Origin: a virus
Length of the DNA: 64,000 nucleotides
Strand: one strand, 5' to 3'
IMG/VR virus record: IMGVR_UViG_3300045995_000473
Shown here: in pieces, positions 1-9,954 of the stretch
Numbering within the stretch: the stretch's first letter is position 1
How the letters are laid out: each line of letters starts with the position of its first letter
Notes under the pieces: generated by a model
Database searches by the model: none
Told to the model about the DNA's origin: nothing
Seen by the model: only the letters and a program-made list of their open reading frames with translations
Made by a program: the position numbers and the translations under genes

Positions 1-745
1 TAGCGATACACCAGTTATGAAACAGGCTCAGATCACCAAATTCAGCAGCGGGTAATCCCGCGCCGTGGATCGGATGCGTCATAAAATCAATCAAGACATC
101 TTTTGGCGCCGCATCCTCAATACTGGAGGAATACCGGCATAGGCCGCGCACTTCAAAGCTGTAGTTTCCTAATGAGGCAATGCCGGACAGCTGGTGATTG
201 GCACTAGCCAGATAAGCCAGACCGCGATAATTCAGCGCATGATCAGCATGGTAGGTTGACATAAATCCCCACGCGGCTTGTGATGCACCCCCGTCAAAAA
301 TCGTCCAACCTCCTGCTGCAGTCAGAAGCTGTGCAACTAGCGCAGAAATCATTGCTGTCATCCCGCCGCCAATTGCAGAATTGACTGGTGATGAAGCATT
401 CCCAGTAACCGATGCAAGCGTGGCAAATTTGTTTTTATCCTGCCAAACCGCACCGATACTCACTTCACCTGAAGCACCGCCATGACACAGGCCGAGCGCG
501 ACCGTAGCTGAGTAGGTATACGTAGTATTTGAGGTCGTTACGCCACCACCCTTCCCGCCGGATGACTGGGTGCTTGTATGGGGGGTTGCAACAAAATCCA
601 GATAATCGATCAGATTTCCTGCGATACGAGTTTTACCGTACAGCAGCGGGATCGGCGTGCCATAGGACGATTGTTGAATCTGCATCGATCCGATGCGCGG
701 ATCCGTAGTCGCAATTGTTTGCCCGCCGCCAAATAAGTTGCCCAT
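1..745 (-). CDS. Tail tip/host-specificity protein, 5' part (truncated by window edge)
   Basis: Identical to 5' part of ORF 36207-38804. Confidence 0.85.
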   Translation of the reverse strand, partial: MGNLFGGGQTIATTDPRIGSMQIQQSSYGTPIPLLYGKTRIAGNLIDYLDFVATPHTSTQSSGGKGGGVTTSNTTYTYSATVALGLCHGGASGEVSIGAVWQDKNKFATLASVTGNASSPVNSAIGGGMTAMISALVAQLLTAAGGWTIFDGGASQAAWGFMSTYHADHALNYRGLAYLASANHQLSGIASLGNYSFEVRGLCRYSSSIEDAAPKDVLIDFMTHPIHGAGLPAAEFGDLSLFHNWCIA

Positions 746-1188
746 TATGCAGCCCTTCGCTTATATGACTTTTTAACTGCTGGACGAACACGCCAGACAC
801 TATCCAAGCGCCCGGCCAATTCGCCAGCCTGCCCATCACCCAGCACTACGCCCTGCCCGCGACAAGCATGAACGATCTCAGGCCAGATAGTGACGATCCC
901 GGCATGCGAGGCGCAGCGACCAAAGCGATACAGCACAATGTCATCCATCTCGGGGGTGCCATCCACACGATCACAATACTGCTCCAGTCCGGCAAGATAA
1001 CGCTCTTCATCTCGATGCAGCATCCAGTCCATCGGATAAGGACCAGGATCAATATGCGGAACGAGACCTGCATCCTCGAAAACTTCACAGAGCAGCATCA
1101 AGCAATCCACGCCAACGCCTTTAATTCGTCCGCGATGATGGTAAGGCGTGCAGAGCCAACCGCGCGCGATGTCAGTAACATGACTCAT
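745..1188 (-). CDS. NlpC/P60-family tail assembly peptidase
   Basis: GWLCTPYHHRGRIKGVGVDCLMLL and SHAGIV motifs; start re-set to ATG 1188, ATGA-overlapping the upstream stop. Confidence 0.85.
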   Translation of the reverse strand: MSHVTDIARGWLCTPYHHRGRIKGVGVDCLMLLCEVFEDAGLVPHIDPGPYPMDWMLHRDEERYLAGLEQYCDRVDGTPEMDDIVLYRFGRCASHAGIVTIWPEIVHACRGQGVVLGDGQAGELAGRLDSVWRVRPAVKKSYKRRAA

Positions 1189-2042
1189 AGCGCAGTCTCC
1201 GGGGTAGGTACAAAAGGCTGGCCGCGAAAGTTGGCCAGATTGCCAAATGCAGCACAAGCCGCAACGGTACGCGCGCAGCCAGGACAAGCAACCACGGCAT
1301 CACCTGCATGGACGGCAGCATTGAGTGGACGCATCAGGGTAAACACGCCTGACACATGATTAAGAATAGTCGATAGCGCACCCGCATTCGCACCTGATGT
1401 GAAGCGCAGCGTCCCGCCGTTAAAATAGCCTGCCGCCTGCCCCATGCCAGTGGCGACACTACGCAGGCTGGTGCTATCGAGCGAGACTGTTCCAGCAATC
1501 TCAAACGCGCCCTTGCTCAATCCGCAACCTGCATCAAACAGGCTATTCCCACAGGATGGCTGATAGACGTTGCGCGGCATCATCACATTAAGCCGTTCCA
1601 TGTCTGAGCGCACTTCCATGCGCACGGTGTCGCGGGTCAGTTCGTTGATCTGCAACATCCCCTCAAAACCATGCAGCACGCCGCCACTAGTATCAGTGGG
1701 TGCATTTGCCGGCATAAAGGCGCGCTGTAACAATAAGCGTGCGCCATCCAGTCCGCCGTTATGCGCGAATGGTAAGAACGGCAGACCCGACATCAGGTGA
1801 GCACCATCCGAATGGATGTCGAGCGTCATCACATCTACCTTAAAACCGATGGCGCGCTTGATTCGTCCGCGCACGAAGATCAGATCGGTGCTGGTAAATA
1901 CATGCCCACCGTAACTTAAATCCAGATCGTGCGAGGTGAAGCGATAAATCGTGTTATCGAGCAGCGTCAGGGTGTAGAGATCAGCTACATAAAACTGATT
2001 TTCAGCCAATAGGGAAATCAGCGCATTGCTGGCGGCTTTCAT
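1185..2042 (-). CDS. Tail tip protein, DUF2163/BR0599-like
   Basis: QPSCGNSLFDAGC and C-terminal GCARTVAACAAFGNLANFRGQPFVP; ATG 2042 overlaps upstream stop. Confidence 0.8.
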   Translation of the reverse strand: MKAASNALISLLAENQFYVADLYTLTLLDNTIYRFTSHDLDLSYGGHVFTSTDLIFVRGRIKRAIGFKVDVMTLDIHSDGAHLMSGLPFLPFAHNGGLDGARLLLQRAFMPANAPTDTSGGVLHGFEGMLQINELTRDTVRMEVRSDMERLNVMMPRNVYQPSCGNSLFDAGCGLSKGAFEIAGTVSLDSTSLRSVATGMGQAAGYFNGGTLRFTSGANAGALSTILNHVSGVFTLMRPLNAAVHAGDAVVACPGCARTVAACAAFGNLANFRGQPFVPTPETAL

Positions 2043-2704
2043 ATTTTTACCCCCAGCGAGCCGCGCAGTTCGCATTTTTTCAGTTCCCAAAGCTGATGCA
2101 TGAATTTGGAAAAATCTGCCTGATCAGCGACGAAACGGCAGCGGTAGTAATACGATCCGCTCCAGTAGATCGGCAAGCCCGCCGCCGGGGCGGTGGTAAA
2201 CGTTAGCAAGCCGGTCGCTGATACAGTGTAAGCACTGGTTTCGATCGCAGTTGACCACATCATTAGACCATCACCGGTCCACATCGGCGCGTCACCATAG
2301 GCCGACCATTCCATATGCGCGACGACCAAACTGGCATTGCTGACATTGCACACTGGCTCAGTGATCCCGCCATAGGTGCGCGTCAGCTGAAAGCTACGGG
2401 TTACACCATCACCAGTGCCAATCAACTCATTGATGACTCTGTTGTCGTCCGGATCGGAAAACAGGAAGTTATCGAATGAACCGCGCCGCGCCATGAAAAA
2501 CCCCATCAGGGTTTTCAATTCCGGGATTAAAAACGTGTCGCGCAAAAATTCAAACGACAGGCTGATATTCCAGATTGGAGTCGAATAATTGGCGCGGCGG
2601 ATTTCGCGTCCGCTGACTGAAGTCTTGATCACTGTGGAATAGATTGGCGATTTCTGCACGGGTAGCGCTAATCCGCGCAGTGTCGGGAATACGGCGGTAC
2701 TCAT
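2039..2704 (-). CDS. Distal tail protein, DUF2460-like
   Basis: KTSVSGREIRR, LMGFFMARRGSFDNFLFSDP, GTGDGVTRSFQL; directly after tape measure gene. Confidence 0.8.
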   Translation of the reverse strand: MSTAVFPTLRGLALPVQKSPIYSTVIKTSVSGREIRRANYSTPIWNISLSFEFLRDTFLIPELKTLMGFFMARRGSFDNFLFSDPDDNRVINELIGTGDGVTRSFQLTRTYGGITEPVCNVSNASLVVAHMEWSAYGDAPMWTGDGLMMWSTAIETSAYTVSATGLLTFTTAPAAGLPIYWSGSYYYRCRFVADQADFSKFMHQLWELKKCELRGSLGVKI

Positions 2705-5088
2705 GCGAGGCGCGACCCGTTGCGGATCTGCTGCTGGAGTGATTTAACCAACAGCCCGCCATGATCGTTAAATAATTGACGTACGCCACGCGCATCAACA
2801 GCACTGATATTGACCGTCACCCCGCCTCCGGCCGACCCGCCGCTGGCGATCATGTCGCGCAGTGGATTAGCAATATGCGCTGGTAGCACCATCTCTGACT
2901 GGTGCAATTGCGTCATTGGATTAACGCCCGCAGGGATGTCGTAACCGCCAGATGCCGAGGCGATATTTCCCGCGACATTGGCTACCACTGCAAATGCGCC
3001 TGCTGCCATCACGGGTGCCAGGAACGGACCCACGATTGGAATTTTTGAAATACTTGCATAGACATTTGAAAGAGTTTCCCAGGCTGAATTCAAAATATTT
3101 TTGATAGACGTCATGCCGTTGGTCATCAATGATTCAGTTGATGCTGTCTTTTCAATAACCCCGCGCGCCGCTGCACCAGCTGCTGAGGCTTGTGTTCTGA
3201 AAGCTTCATTCTTAACCCAATCCACTACCATTTTCACGCCCATATTGGCGAATTCAAGCACGATGGATTGCGCCAACTGCCGTATCGCTTTATGGAGTGT
3301 CAGTGTTCCCTGGATAATTCCGTTAATGGATTTCTCAAACGCGCCGGAAATCGGGTCAAACATTTTATCGAACTGCTTTTTCTGCTCTTCAGCCAGCTTA
3401 TCTGTGCGCTTTTTTTGTTCGATTTCCAGTGAAGAGCGCTGCTTTTCCATATCGAGATCGTGCTTGCGCTGAATTTCAGCGACTTTGTTCATCGCTTTCT
3501 GGTACTCAACCGGCTTATTTTTTACTAACTCAGCTTCAGCCTCTGCCGCTTTTTTCTCGATCTGAAAAAGCTCAGTATTCAAGCGCGTCTGCGAGTTGAT
3601 TTCATCAGCTGCGCTGATTTGCCCAAGTTGAGCTTGACGGCGGATCCGCTCAAGTTCGATGGAGATGGATTGCGCTGCAACACGCCCCTGCTCAGCCAGT
3701 GCTTCCTGACTCATTTTCAGAGCTTCTTCAGCTGCTTTTTTTGCAGCGGCATCTGCTGCTTTATTTTTTGTCGCAGGACCGCCCCCGGTGATTGGAGACG
3801 GATTATGATCGGAAACCTTAATTTTTGACTCACCCAAGATGATACGATCTATGTCATCACGTCCTTTTTGCGCGATGACGGACATGTTTTTCATACCCTC
3901 TTCGAGCACTATACTTGCACCATCTGCACCTTCTTTCCATGCAGCTTTTGCTCCCGAGAAATCAAGTTTCAGCGCCTTATTTGCTGCCTCTGCGAAAGCG
4001 ATGACGCGAGCTCCAGTCGCAGCAAGCGTCATTTTGATAAATTCAAAGGATTCCTGGAAGCCAATACGGAAACTGACCACTGCAATCTGAATCACTTTCA
4101 GCATGTTATGGAATAATTCCATTCCACTCATAGATTGGCTATTCGAGCCAAATACTGAATCAATTGCAGCACCTATCCCACTCATCACGTCCATGATGAT
4201 CTGCCCTACTACCTTTATGACATCACCAATAGCGGCGAAGGCCTCAGAAGCAATTGAAACCATTCCAGGAATAAGCTCGGTGAAACTAATAATACCCTGT
4301 GTTAAATACTGAAATCCTCCCTGCTTACGCGTTCTATCAATGGCATTTTCAAAGGCATCACCCATGTTTGAGATCGCACCTGCGTAGCTGTTCATCTTCG
4401 CCGCCGCAGTACCCGCACCTTCGCGCCCCATCTCATCAATCAACTGGCGCATTACGTCACGACCCATGGTGCCTTTTTCAGACATCACCTGAATTTCAGC
4501 CGCTGTCTTTCCAGTCGCTTTAGTCAAAAGATCGTAAACAGGGATACCCGCATCAATCATCTGCAGCGTGTCTTGCCCTTGCAGCTTACCGCGAGCCCAG
4601 GCTTGACCGAGTGCCAGTGTGACGCGCTCAGCAGTATCTGCACTCTTCCCGTATTTTGCCGACGCATCTGCGACCTTCTGCAACGTACCATCCATCGGAT
4701 CGAGGCCGAAGTTTTTCAGCTGCATAAATGCAGCCGTAGTCTGCTGTACGGAATAAGGGGTGTTTTGCGCGAACTGCTTGATCCAGTCGAATGATTCTTT
4801 TCCAGCTGCAGCTGAACCCATCACGGCATTAAGACGGATCTCTAGTTGTTCAAAGGTGCTGGCAACTTCGATCACATGCTGCACGCTCATCGCACTACCG
4901 ATGACGGCCCCTAGGCCGGCGATCTGGCTCATGGCATTACCGATGCTGGATTTAACTGAGGATTGCAGTTTCTCAAACTGCGAATTCATATTACTGACAG
5001 ACGACTGCACCTTCGACTGAAGGGCACTCATCCCGGCATCAAAATCTGCCGAGGCGATACCTATCCTGATCGAGATGTCATTTGCCAT
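2701..5088 (-). CDS. Tail tape measure protein
   Basis: 795 aa, Ala-rich helical; tape-measure motif FAQNTPYSVQQ...ALGQAWARGKLQGQD. Confidence 0.93.
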   Translation of the reverse strand: MANDISIRIGIASADFDAGMSALQSKVQSSVSNMNSQFEKLQSSVKSSIGNAMSQIAGLGAVIGSAMSVQHVIEVASTFEQLEIRLNAVMGSAAAGKESFDWIKQFAQNTPYSVQQTTAAFMQLKNFGLDPMDGTLQKVADASAKYGKSADTAERVTLALGQAWARGKLQGQDTLQMIDAGIPVYDLLTKATGKTAAEIQVMSEKGTMGRDVMRQLIDEMGREGAGTAAAKMNSYAGAISNMGDAFENAIDRTRKQGGFQYLTQGIISFTELIPGMVSIASEAFAAIGDVIKVVGQIIMDVMSGIGAAIDSVFGSNSQSMSGMELFHNMLKVIQIAVVSFRIGFQESFEFIKMTLAATGARVIAFAEAANKALKLDFSGAKAAWKEGADGASIVLEEGMKNMSVIAQKGRDDIDRIILGESKIKVSDHNPSPITGGGPATKNKAADAAAKKAAEEALKMSQEALAEQGRVAAQSISIELERIRRQAQLGQISAADEINSQTRLNTELFQIEKKAAEAEAELVKNKPVEYQKAMNKVAEIQRKHDLDMEKQRSSLEIEQKKRTDKLAEEQKKQFDKMFDPISGAFEKSINGIIQGTLTLHKAIRQLAQSIVLEFANMGVKMVVDWVKNEAFRTQASAAGAAARGVIEKTASTESLMTNGMTSIKNILNSAWETLSNVYASISKIPIVGPFLAPVMAAGAFAVVANVAGNIASASGGYDIPAGVNPMTQLHQSEMVLPAHIANPLRDMIASGGSAGGGVTVNISAVDARGVRQLFNDHGGLLVKSLQQQIRNGSRLA

Positions 5089-5090
5089 TA

Positions 5091-5348
5091 TTATCGCCCA
5101 CCGCTTTTTATAAAATCGTCCATCAATTTATCAAGGTCTTGCTGCTGCTGCGCTTCATCTGCATTTTCTTCATACTCTTTTGGCGCTTGCTGACGCTCAA
5201 AACCCATGAATTCCTGCAACATGAAACAGATGTCACCGAGAACAATGTGGGCTGGCGGGTGTTTGACCCAGTATTTAGTCAGCGCCGCCAGTTTGATCAA
5301 ATCAACGTGCCAGTCGATGTAGTCCCACGTCCAACCCATCGACACCAT
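5091..5348 (-). CDS. Tail assembly chaperone, frameshift-extension (gpT-like) frame
   Basis: Between chaperone and tape measure; frame stays open upstream to the GGGGGAA site at 5396-5402. Confidence 0.7.
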   Translation of the reverse strand: MVSMGWTWDYIDWHVDLIKLAALTKYWVKHPPAHIVLGDICFMLQEFMGFERQQAPKEYEENADEAQQQQDLDKLMDDFIKSGGR

Positions 5349-5374
5349 TAAATGGCAATAGACATCATCCCAGT

Positions 5375-5677
5375 CTATTGGCTCGCTGCCGGAGCTTCCC
5401 CCGATTGATTTTCCGTTCCGCTATTGCCCATCACTAGATTGAATGCGTCAGGCAGATTGGCAAGATCAAGTAATTCATCCAGCTTGGACTCTGTCATCTC
5501 AGGGTAATTGCGCTGTAATGACATCAGCACAATGTCTGCCATCACCAGCATATCTGCGCCTTTTTCCTTTCCGGAAAACAGGTCTTTGTACTTGCGTACA
5601 CAGGCCATCGGTACAGGCGGGGCGATGAATGTTTCGCCGCCCAGAATCAGTTCTTTACCAGCAATCAATTTGGCCAT
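5375..5677 (-). CDS. Tail assembly chaperone (gpG-like)
   Basis: 100 aa between tail tube and tape measure genes; ends just after a slippery run. Confidence 0.75.
   Translation of the reverse strand: MAKLIAGKELILGGETFIAPPVPMACVRKYKDLFSGKEKGADMLVMADIVLMSLQRNYPEMTESKLDELLDLANLPDAFNLVMGNSGTENQSGEAPAASQ
5396..5402 (-). other. Putative -1 programmed frameshift site GGGGGAA
   Basis: TCG GGG GAA; -1 frame reads GSSGSEPIDWDDVYCHLMVSMGW into ORF 5091-5348 without a stop. Confidence 0.7.
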
Positions 5678-5679
5678 GA

Positions 5680-6417
5680 TCAGTTAGCAATCGAGATTTC
5701 GCCCAGGGAATCGCTGTCATCTACCATCGCCTCAAAATCAAAGTTGGGGATGGTAAAATCTTCGATCTTGGTCGCCAGCAATGACAGTTTTGAGCTCACC
5801 AACTTGTTTAGCTTTACCGTTTTTGTCTTGCCGTTGAAGGTCTGGGTGAAGATACCCATAAAGGTTACAGTCGTACCAACTGGCTTATTTTGCAGGGCGA
5901 TTCGGCGACCGCCGGTAGCGCTGGTATAGGTATAGTCAACCAGCACATTCACTGCATTATCGGTGGCATTGAAAGTGTAGCTCCCAAAAGCGTCACAGCT
6001 ATATTCGCCGACTGCTGGCGTGGTAGTTACTTTCTTAAACGGAACACCGGTTTCGGCATGCACTACGCCAAGATCTGTACCGAAAGTGGCGACATGAGTA
6101 AGAACAACTGCACCGGCAGCAATAGCATGCGCTTCATCACTGGCCGTCAGCAGCTGGCCATCAATTGCCGTCTGACCAAAGAACACTTCATTCAGGACAT
6201 CTGCATTGAATCGCGCCACGGTTACCTTGCCGGTAACTTTTGCAGTACCACGCGCGATGATCGCGGCCAGATTGCCATCACCATACAGCGTCTTGGTCGT
6301 GAACTGCATATCCAGCGCCACGTCTTGCAACTTCGCCAGCTTGCGTGGGGTACCGTCAGAACCAATTACATAAAATGCACCAGCGCCAAATACTTCCATA
6401 CCCTGTTTAGTGCCCAT
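5680..6417 (-). CDS. Major tail tube protein
   Basis: 245 aa beta-rich; synteny between tail terminator and chaperones; C-terminal DFTIPNFDFEA. Confidence 0.7.
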   Translation of the reverse strand: MGTKQGMEVFGAGAFYVIGSDGTPRKLAKLQDVALDMQFTTKTLYGDGNLAAIIARGTAKVTGKVTVARFNADVLNEVFFGQTAIDGQLLTASDEAHAIAAGAVVLTHVATFGTDLGVVHAETGVPFKKVTTTPAVGEYSCDAFGSYTFNATDNAVNVLVDYTYTSATGGRRIALQNKPVGTTVTFMGIFTQTFNGKTKTVKLNKLVSSKLSLLATKIEDFTIPNFDFEAMVDDSDSLGEISIAN

Positions 6418-6432
6418 TTCAAATCTCCTTGA

Positions 6433-6897
6433 TTAAAAAACTACCGGCACAGAGGGCGCGGCTTCATTGCATAAATACTTGATTTCAAATTTAAGCTTGG
6501 CGACTACAGTCGGTGTTTCTCCGGTAAAGTCGTCAAGAATTTCCGTTCCGACCATCGCAACATCACGTGCCAGACCGCCTAGATTCCTGTCAGCCATCAT
6601 GGCCTGCTCGACTTGCAGTGAAATAGCATCAACTGCATCCTCTACATCGAAGCTAGTGCGGGTAATCGCATCCACCTCAAACTGAACTGATCGCAGCACA
6701 ATGCGCGATTCAGATTCGTGATCGTTTAAGCTACTTTTATTGCCAAATGAATCACCAACAGTCGTAAGTCGCAAAGCTGGTAGTTGATCGCTTGCCAACG
6801 GATTACCGCGACCAAAAACATTTGCCCCGGTGATCGATAAACCAGTCAGCCTGCTCTTTACTGCATCGCGGATCTGTTTACGCAAATGATCGGACAT
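6433..6897 (-). CDS. Tail terminator (gpU-like)
   Basis: MSDHLRKQIRDAVKSRLTG start; synteny. Confidence 0.6.
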   Translation of the reverse strand: MSDHLRKQIRDAVKSRLTGLSITGANVFGRGNPLASDQLPALRLTTVGDSFGNKSSLNDHESESRIVLRSVQFEVDAITRTSFDVEDAVDAISLQVEQAMMADRNLGGLARDVAMVGTEILDDFTGETPTVVAKLKFEIKYLCNEAAPSVPVVF

Positions 6898-7181
6898 CAG
6901 GATTTCTCCAACGGTAAAACAAGCATCCCGTAACCATCCGGCTGTACGGTCGTTATTTTGTAATTAACTCCGCGTACCGTTACGGAATCGCCACGCTTAA
7001 CACCAGAAAATTCAGTTGCAATCACCGTCAGCGCAGGCTTATTTCCTTCGACCATACTGAGCGGCTCAAGATAGGTAAGGTCAAACTTGGCAGAAATCGG
7101 CAAGCCTTTCCATTGCACAATCTCACCAAGATGCTTCGCGGAAACTGAATTCACGCGAGATTCCAGCGCAGCGAAGCTCAT
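6897..7181 (-). CDS. Head-tail joining/closure protein
   Basis: 94 aa with GVNYKITTVQPDGYGMLVLPL; synteny after capsid accessory gene. Confidence 0.6.
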   Translation of the reverse strand: MSFAALESRVNSVSAKHLGEIVQWKGLPISAKFDLTYLEPLSMVEGNKPALTVIATEFSGVKRGDSVTVRGVNYKITTVQPDGYGMLVLPLEKS

Positions 7182-7187
7182 GGCCTA

Positions 7188-7793
7188 TTACGCAGAGATC
7201 ACGCCGAATGTACGCAGCTTTGCTAGGATTGCGTTGATCTTTCCCTTGTTTGCATTGGACAGCGCAACGGCTGATGCAAGGTCTGTTGCGTTAGCTGTTG
7301 CAATATCCGCTTCAGCCGCTTGCGGGCCTTCGGATGCGTCAGTCACTGCCTCGTTAAGTACTACACGAGCGGTGGTATCACCGTTTACTTTAGCCACTTC
7401 CAGCACACCGATCAGGATGCCGACCGTACCGTCTGTATCAACGCGCTTGTTTGTGTCATCCCAATACGCCTTTACGCCTTGGGAACCGGTCGCGGTGGAT
7501 AGTGCAGTCAGATCAAATACGCCGCATCGTGCGAACGGGCCTGCTACACCGTTGGCCAAGTCGTTGATGGCAACACCAAAGATGCTACCTACTTGCGCGC
7601 CGTCTCCGGAGCTGACTGCATAGGGTGCGGTCAGGTCAAGCACGTCACCTTCATGGATGTAGTTCGCCGCCATGCCAACGCCGACAAAACCAAGCGCTGA
7701 GCTGGAGCCAGCATCCCAACCCATTGCCGTTGCGATGCCTGTAAAAGCCAAGCCAGCTAAAAGTGCTAGGCAAATCAATACTAATTTTTTCAT
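7188..7793 (-). CDS. DUF2190-like capsid accessory protein with hydrophobic N-terminal extension
   Basis: Core MAANYIHEGDVLDL...GVFDL...AYWDD; ATG 7793 has a GGAG RBS; N-terminus MKKLVLICLALLAGLAFTG. Confidence 0.7.
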   Translation of the reverse strand: MKKLVLICLALLAGLAFTGIATAMGWDAGSSSALGFVGVGMAANYIHEGDVLDLTAPYAVSSGDGAQVGSIFGVAINDLANGVAGPFARCGVFDLTALSTATGSQGVKAYWDDTNKRVDTDGTVGILIGVLEVAKVNGDTTARVVLNEAVTDASEGPQAAEADIATANATDLASAVALSNANKGKINAILAKLRTFGVISA

Positions 7794-7822
7794 TTCGTTC
7801 TCCAATATTTAGTTTCGGTCAG

Positions 7823-7841
7823 GCGGCGTTTAGTACGCCGC
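7823..7841. promoter_or_regulatory. GC-rich hairpin after capsid gene
   Basis: GCGGCGT-ttagt-ACGCCGC; no U-tract. Confidence 0.4.
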
Positions 7842-7850
7842 TATCACGGA

Positions 7851-9881
7851 TTAACCTGCGTAGGCGTTCTTTGCCAGTGTGCGGTGGTCCAGCGCTTTGA
7901 CTGCCGCATCCAGACGCACCTTGAACTCCACGCCGTCGATGTCCCAGCCGCCCTGCTGCTCCAGCGTCGGGGTACTAATTCCGTCAAGGTAGCTGACTTC
8001 TATGGTGTCGTGCATCGCCGGGTTGGCACAGCCGAACCAGTTGGTCGAGCTGGATGTGTCCAAACGTGCATCTTCGATGACTTCGAAGGTGCCACGTACG
8101 CTGTTTGGTGTAGTCTTGTCATTATTGGCGCCGACCTCAAATTCAGAGTTTGCCACCACGCGAGCTGTACCGCCCAGCGCCACAGGAACCAGCAGCTTGG
8201 CCAGCTTTAAGTTCAGCGCACCGCCGCCTGCAGTCTGCTTAGCCATCGCCACGCGCATCGCATCGACCGATGCGGTACTAATTGCGGCTGCGGTCGGCAG
8301 GTTGTTATGACCGGAATGGAACAGCGCCTTGCCGTCTTGCATGGTCGGGTTGCTCGTTAGGATGGCATAGACAAGATCACCTACCGTGCGGATCGCGGCA
8401 CGACCCATGCCAAGCGGTATCTTGCTAAATGCATCAAGGTCATCATTGATGATGGCCTGACGGGTCAGCATGAACTTGCGGCCATAGGTCGCCAGTTGCA
8501 CAGTCTCACCACGCTCGCCAACAGTGGCAAACTTGTACTCAGCGCCTTCCTTTACCTCAAGGAGCGTGGGGAAGTCGTTCAGACCAACGCGACGGCCTGC
8601 CTTGAAATCGGTCAGCGTGCCAATTGATGTCCACAACTGGAAGGTCTCTTCAGCCTCTTCGTATCCTTTGAGCATGGCCTTCTCTGCCACATTCGCCAGC
8701 AGTAGCGGGAAGTCGCTGGTAGAAGTAAATGCAGCGGCTACCACTTCCAGCTTGCTCTTACCGCGCACATCCACATGTTCGGCTGACAGACATTCGCGGG
8801 CCATATCCATCAGTGAATAGCCACGGAACTGGTTGGCACGGTCATCCTTTGCCAAATTAGCACGCGCCATGATGGCGGACTGCATACCGGCGCGGGCTTT
8901 CTCGCGATCGCCTTCCAGCATTACGATGTGCGTGCCGGCGATTGGTGATGCGCCTTTGCCCAGATGCGCGAGCAGCTTGGCATTAGCGTCCTGCACAGAA
9001 CAGCTTATGTCATTTTCGCAAGCGGACTGTACTTCGCCGATACCAGCAATGGTGCTGAATTTGGCAAAGGTGGCCTTTATCTCGGTGCGGCGAGCCGCAT
9101 CGGCAACCAGCGCAGCATTTGCGGCGGCCTTGATTTGTTCGTCGGTTGCGGCAGCAATTGATGCAGGTGCCGCCGGTTGATTTGCTCCGGGCATAACGGT
9201 CTCCTTGGAGGTTGGTGCGGCGGCTGCCGCGATTACATTGCCGGAAACGCCCGGCAAGGACTTAAACCGCGCAGCCAAAGCGGCGCGATCAAAACTGGCG
9301 GCCATGGGCATGGCCTGAATGATAGAAGTGACAAAGTTTTCAGCGAGTGCCTGTTCGGCGGTGTACCAGTGGTCTTCACCATCAGTGAGCAGTGCCAGCA
9401 TGGCTTCAGTTGTCTGTCCGCTCTTCGCGGCGTAACTGGTAGACATTGCTTGTGCCCAGGTATCAAGCATGTCAGCAAATTCACGCAAATCAGCGCTATT
9501 TCCTGACGCATAACCCCACGGCGCATGAATCATCATCAGCGCGTTTTCGGCCATCTCGACCGTATCGCCTGCCATAGCAATCAGGCTAGCGATACTGGCG
9601 GCGATGCCATCGATCACAATAGTAGTTACAGCTTTGTGGCGCTTGATGCTGTTATAGATAGCGATACCATCGGAAACAGAACCGCCAAATGAGTTGATGC
9701 GGATGGTGATCTGCTCGACATCGAGTGCGGAAATTTCGCGCACAAAGTCGCTGGCAACGACAGAATCTCCGTACCAGCTTTCGCCGATGTCGCCATAGAT
9801 CAGCACTTCAGCCGATTTCACGCCTTGCGCGGCAGCGCGAGCGCGGATGCTGTACCATTTTTGTGAATTTGCTTGCGGCAT
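7851..9881 (-). CDS. ClpP-type prohead protease fused to major capsid protein
   Basis: N-terminal INSFGGSV..GIAIYN, DGIAASIASLIAMAG, MMIHAPW; C-terminal capsid-like TSDFPLLL..., FKVRLDAAVKALDHR. Confidence 0.9.
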   Translation of the reverse strand: MPQANSQKWYSIRARAAAQGVKSAEVLIYGDIGESWYGDSVVASDFVREISALDVEQITIRINSFGGSVSDGIAIYNSIKRHKAVTTIVIDGIAASIASLIAMAGDTVEMAENALMMIHAPWGYASGNSADLREFADMLDTWAQAMSTSYAAKSGQTTEAMLALLTDGEDHWYTAEQALAENFVTSIIQAMPMAASFDRAALAARFKSLPGVSGNVIAAAAAPTSKETVMPGANQPAAPASIAAATDEQIKAAANAALVADAARRTEIKATFAKFSTIAGIGEVQSACENDISCSVQDANAKLLAHLGKGASPIAGTHIVMLEGDREKARAGMQSAIMARANLAKDDRANQFRGYSLMDMARECLSAEHVDVRGKSKLEVVAAAFTSTSDFPLLLANVAEKAMLKGYEEAEETFQLWTSIGTLTDFKAGRRVGLNDFPTLLEVKEGAEYKFATVGERGETVQLATYGRKFMLTRQAIINDDLDAFSKIPLGMGRAAIRTVGDLVYAILTSNPTMQDGKALFHSGHNNLPTAAAISTASVDAMRVAMAKQTAGGGALNLKLAKLLVPVALGGTARVVANSEFEVGANNDKTTPNSVRGTFEVIEDARLDTSSSTNWFGCANPAMHDTIEVSYLDGISTPTLEQQGGWDIDGVEFKVRLDAAVKALDHRTLAKNAYAG

Positions 9882-9920
9882 GTGTTACTCCTCAGTCGGT
9901 ACGGTAGTTTGCTAGGGTCA

Positions 9921-9954
9921 GAGTCTCATTTACAGGGGAAAATGAGACTATTTT
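9921..9954 (-). promoter_or_regulatory. 34-bp palindromic element upstream of protease-capsid gene (putative late-activator site)
   Basis: GAGTCTCATTTACAGGGGAAAATGAGACTATTTT; exact copy at 11794-11827. Confidence 0.65.

Noticed and set aside
7087-9506. Plus-strand ORFs opposite capsid genes (and similar ones opposite terL, tape measure and primase)
   Set aside because: Antisense shadows of well-supported genes, with no RBS or recognisable motifs.
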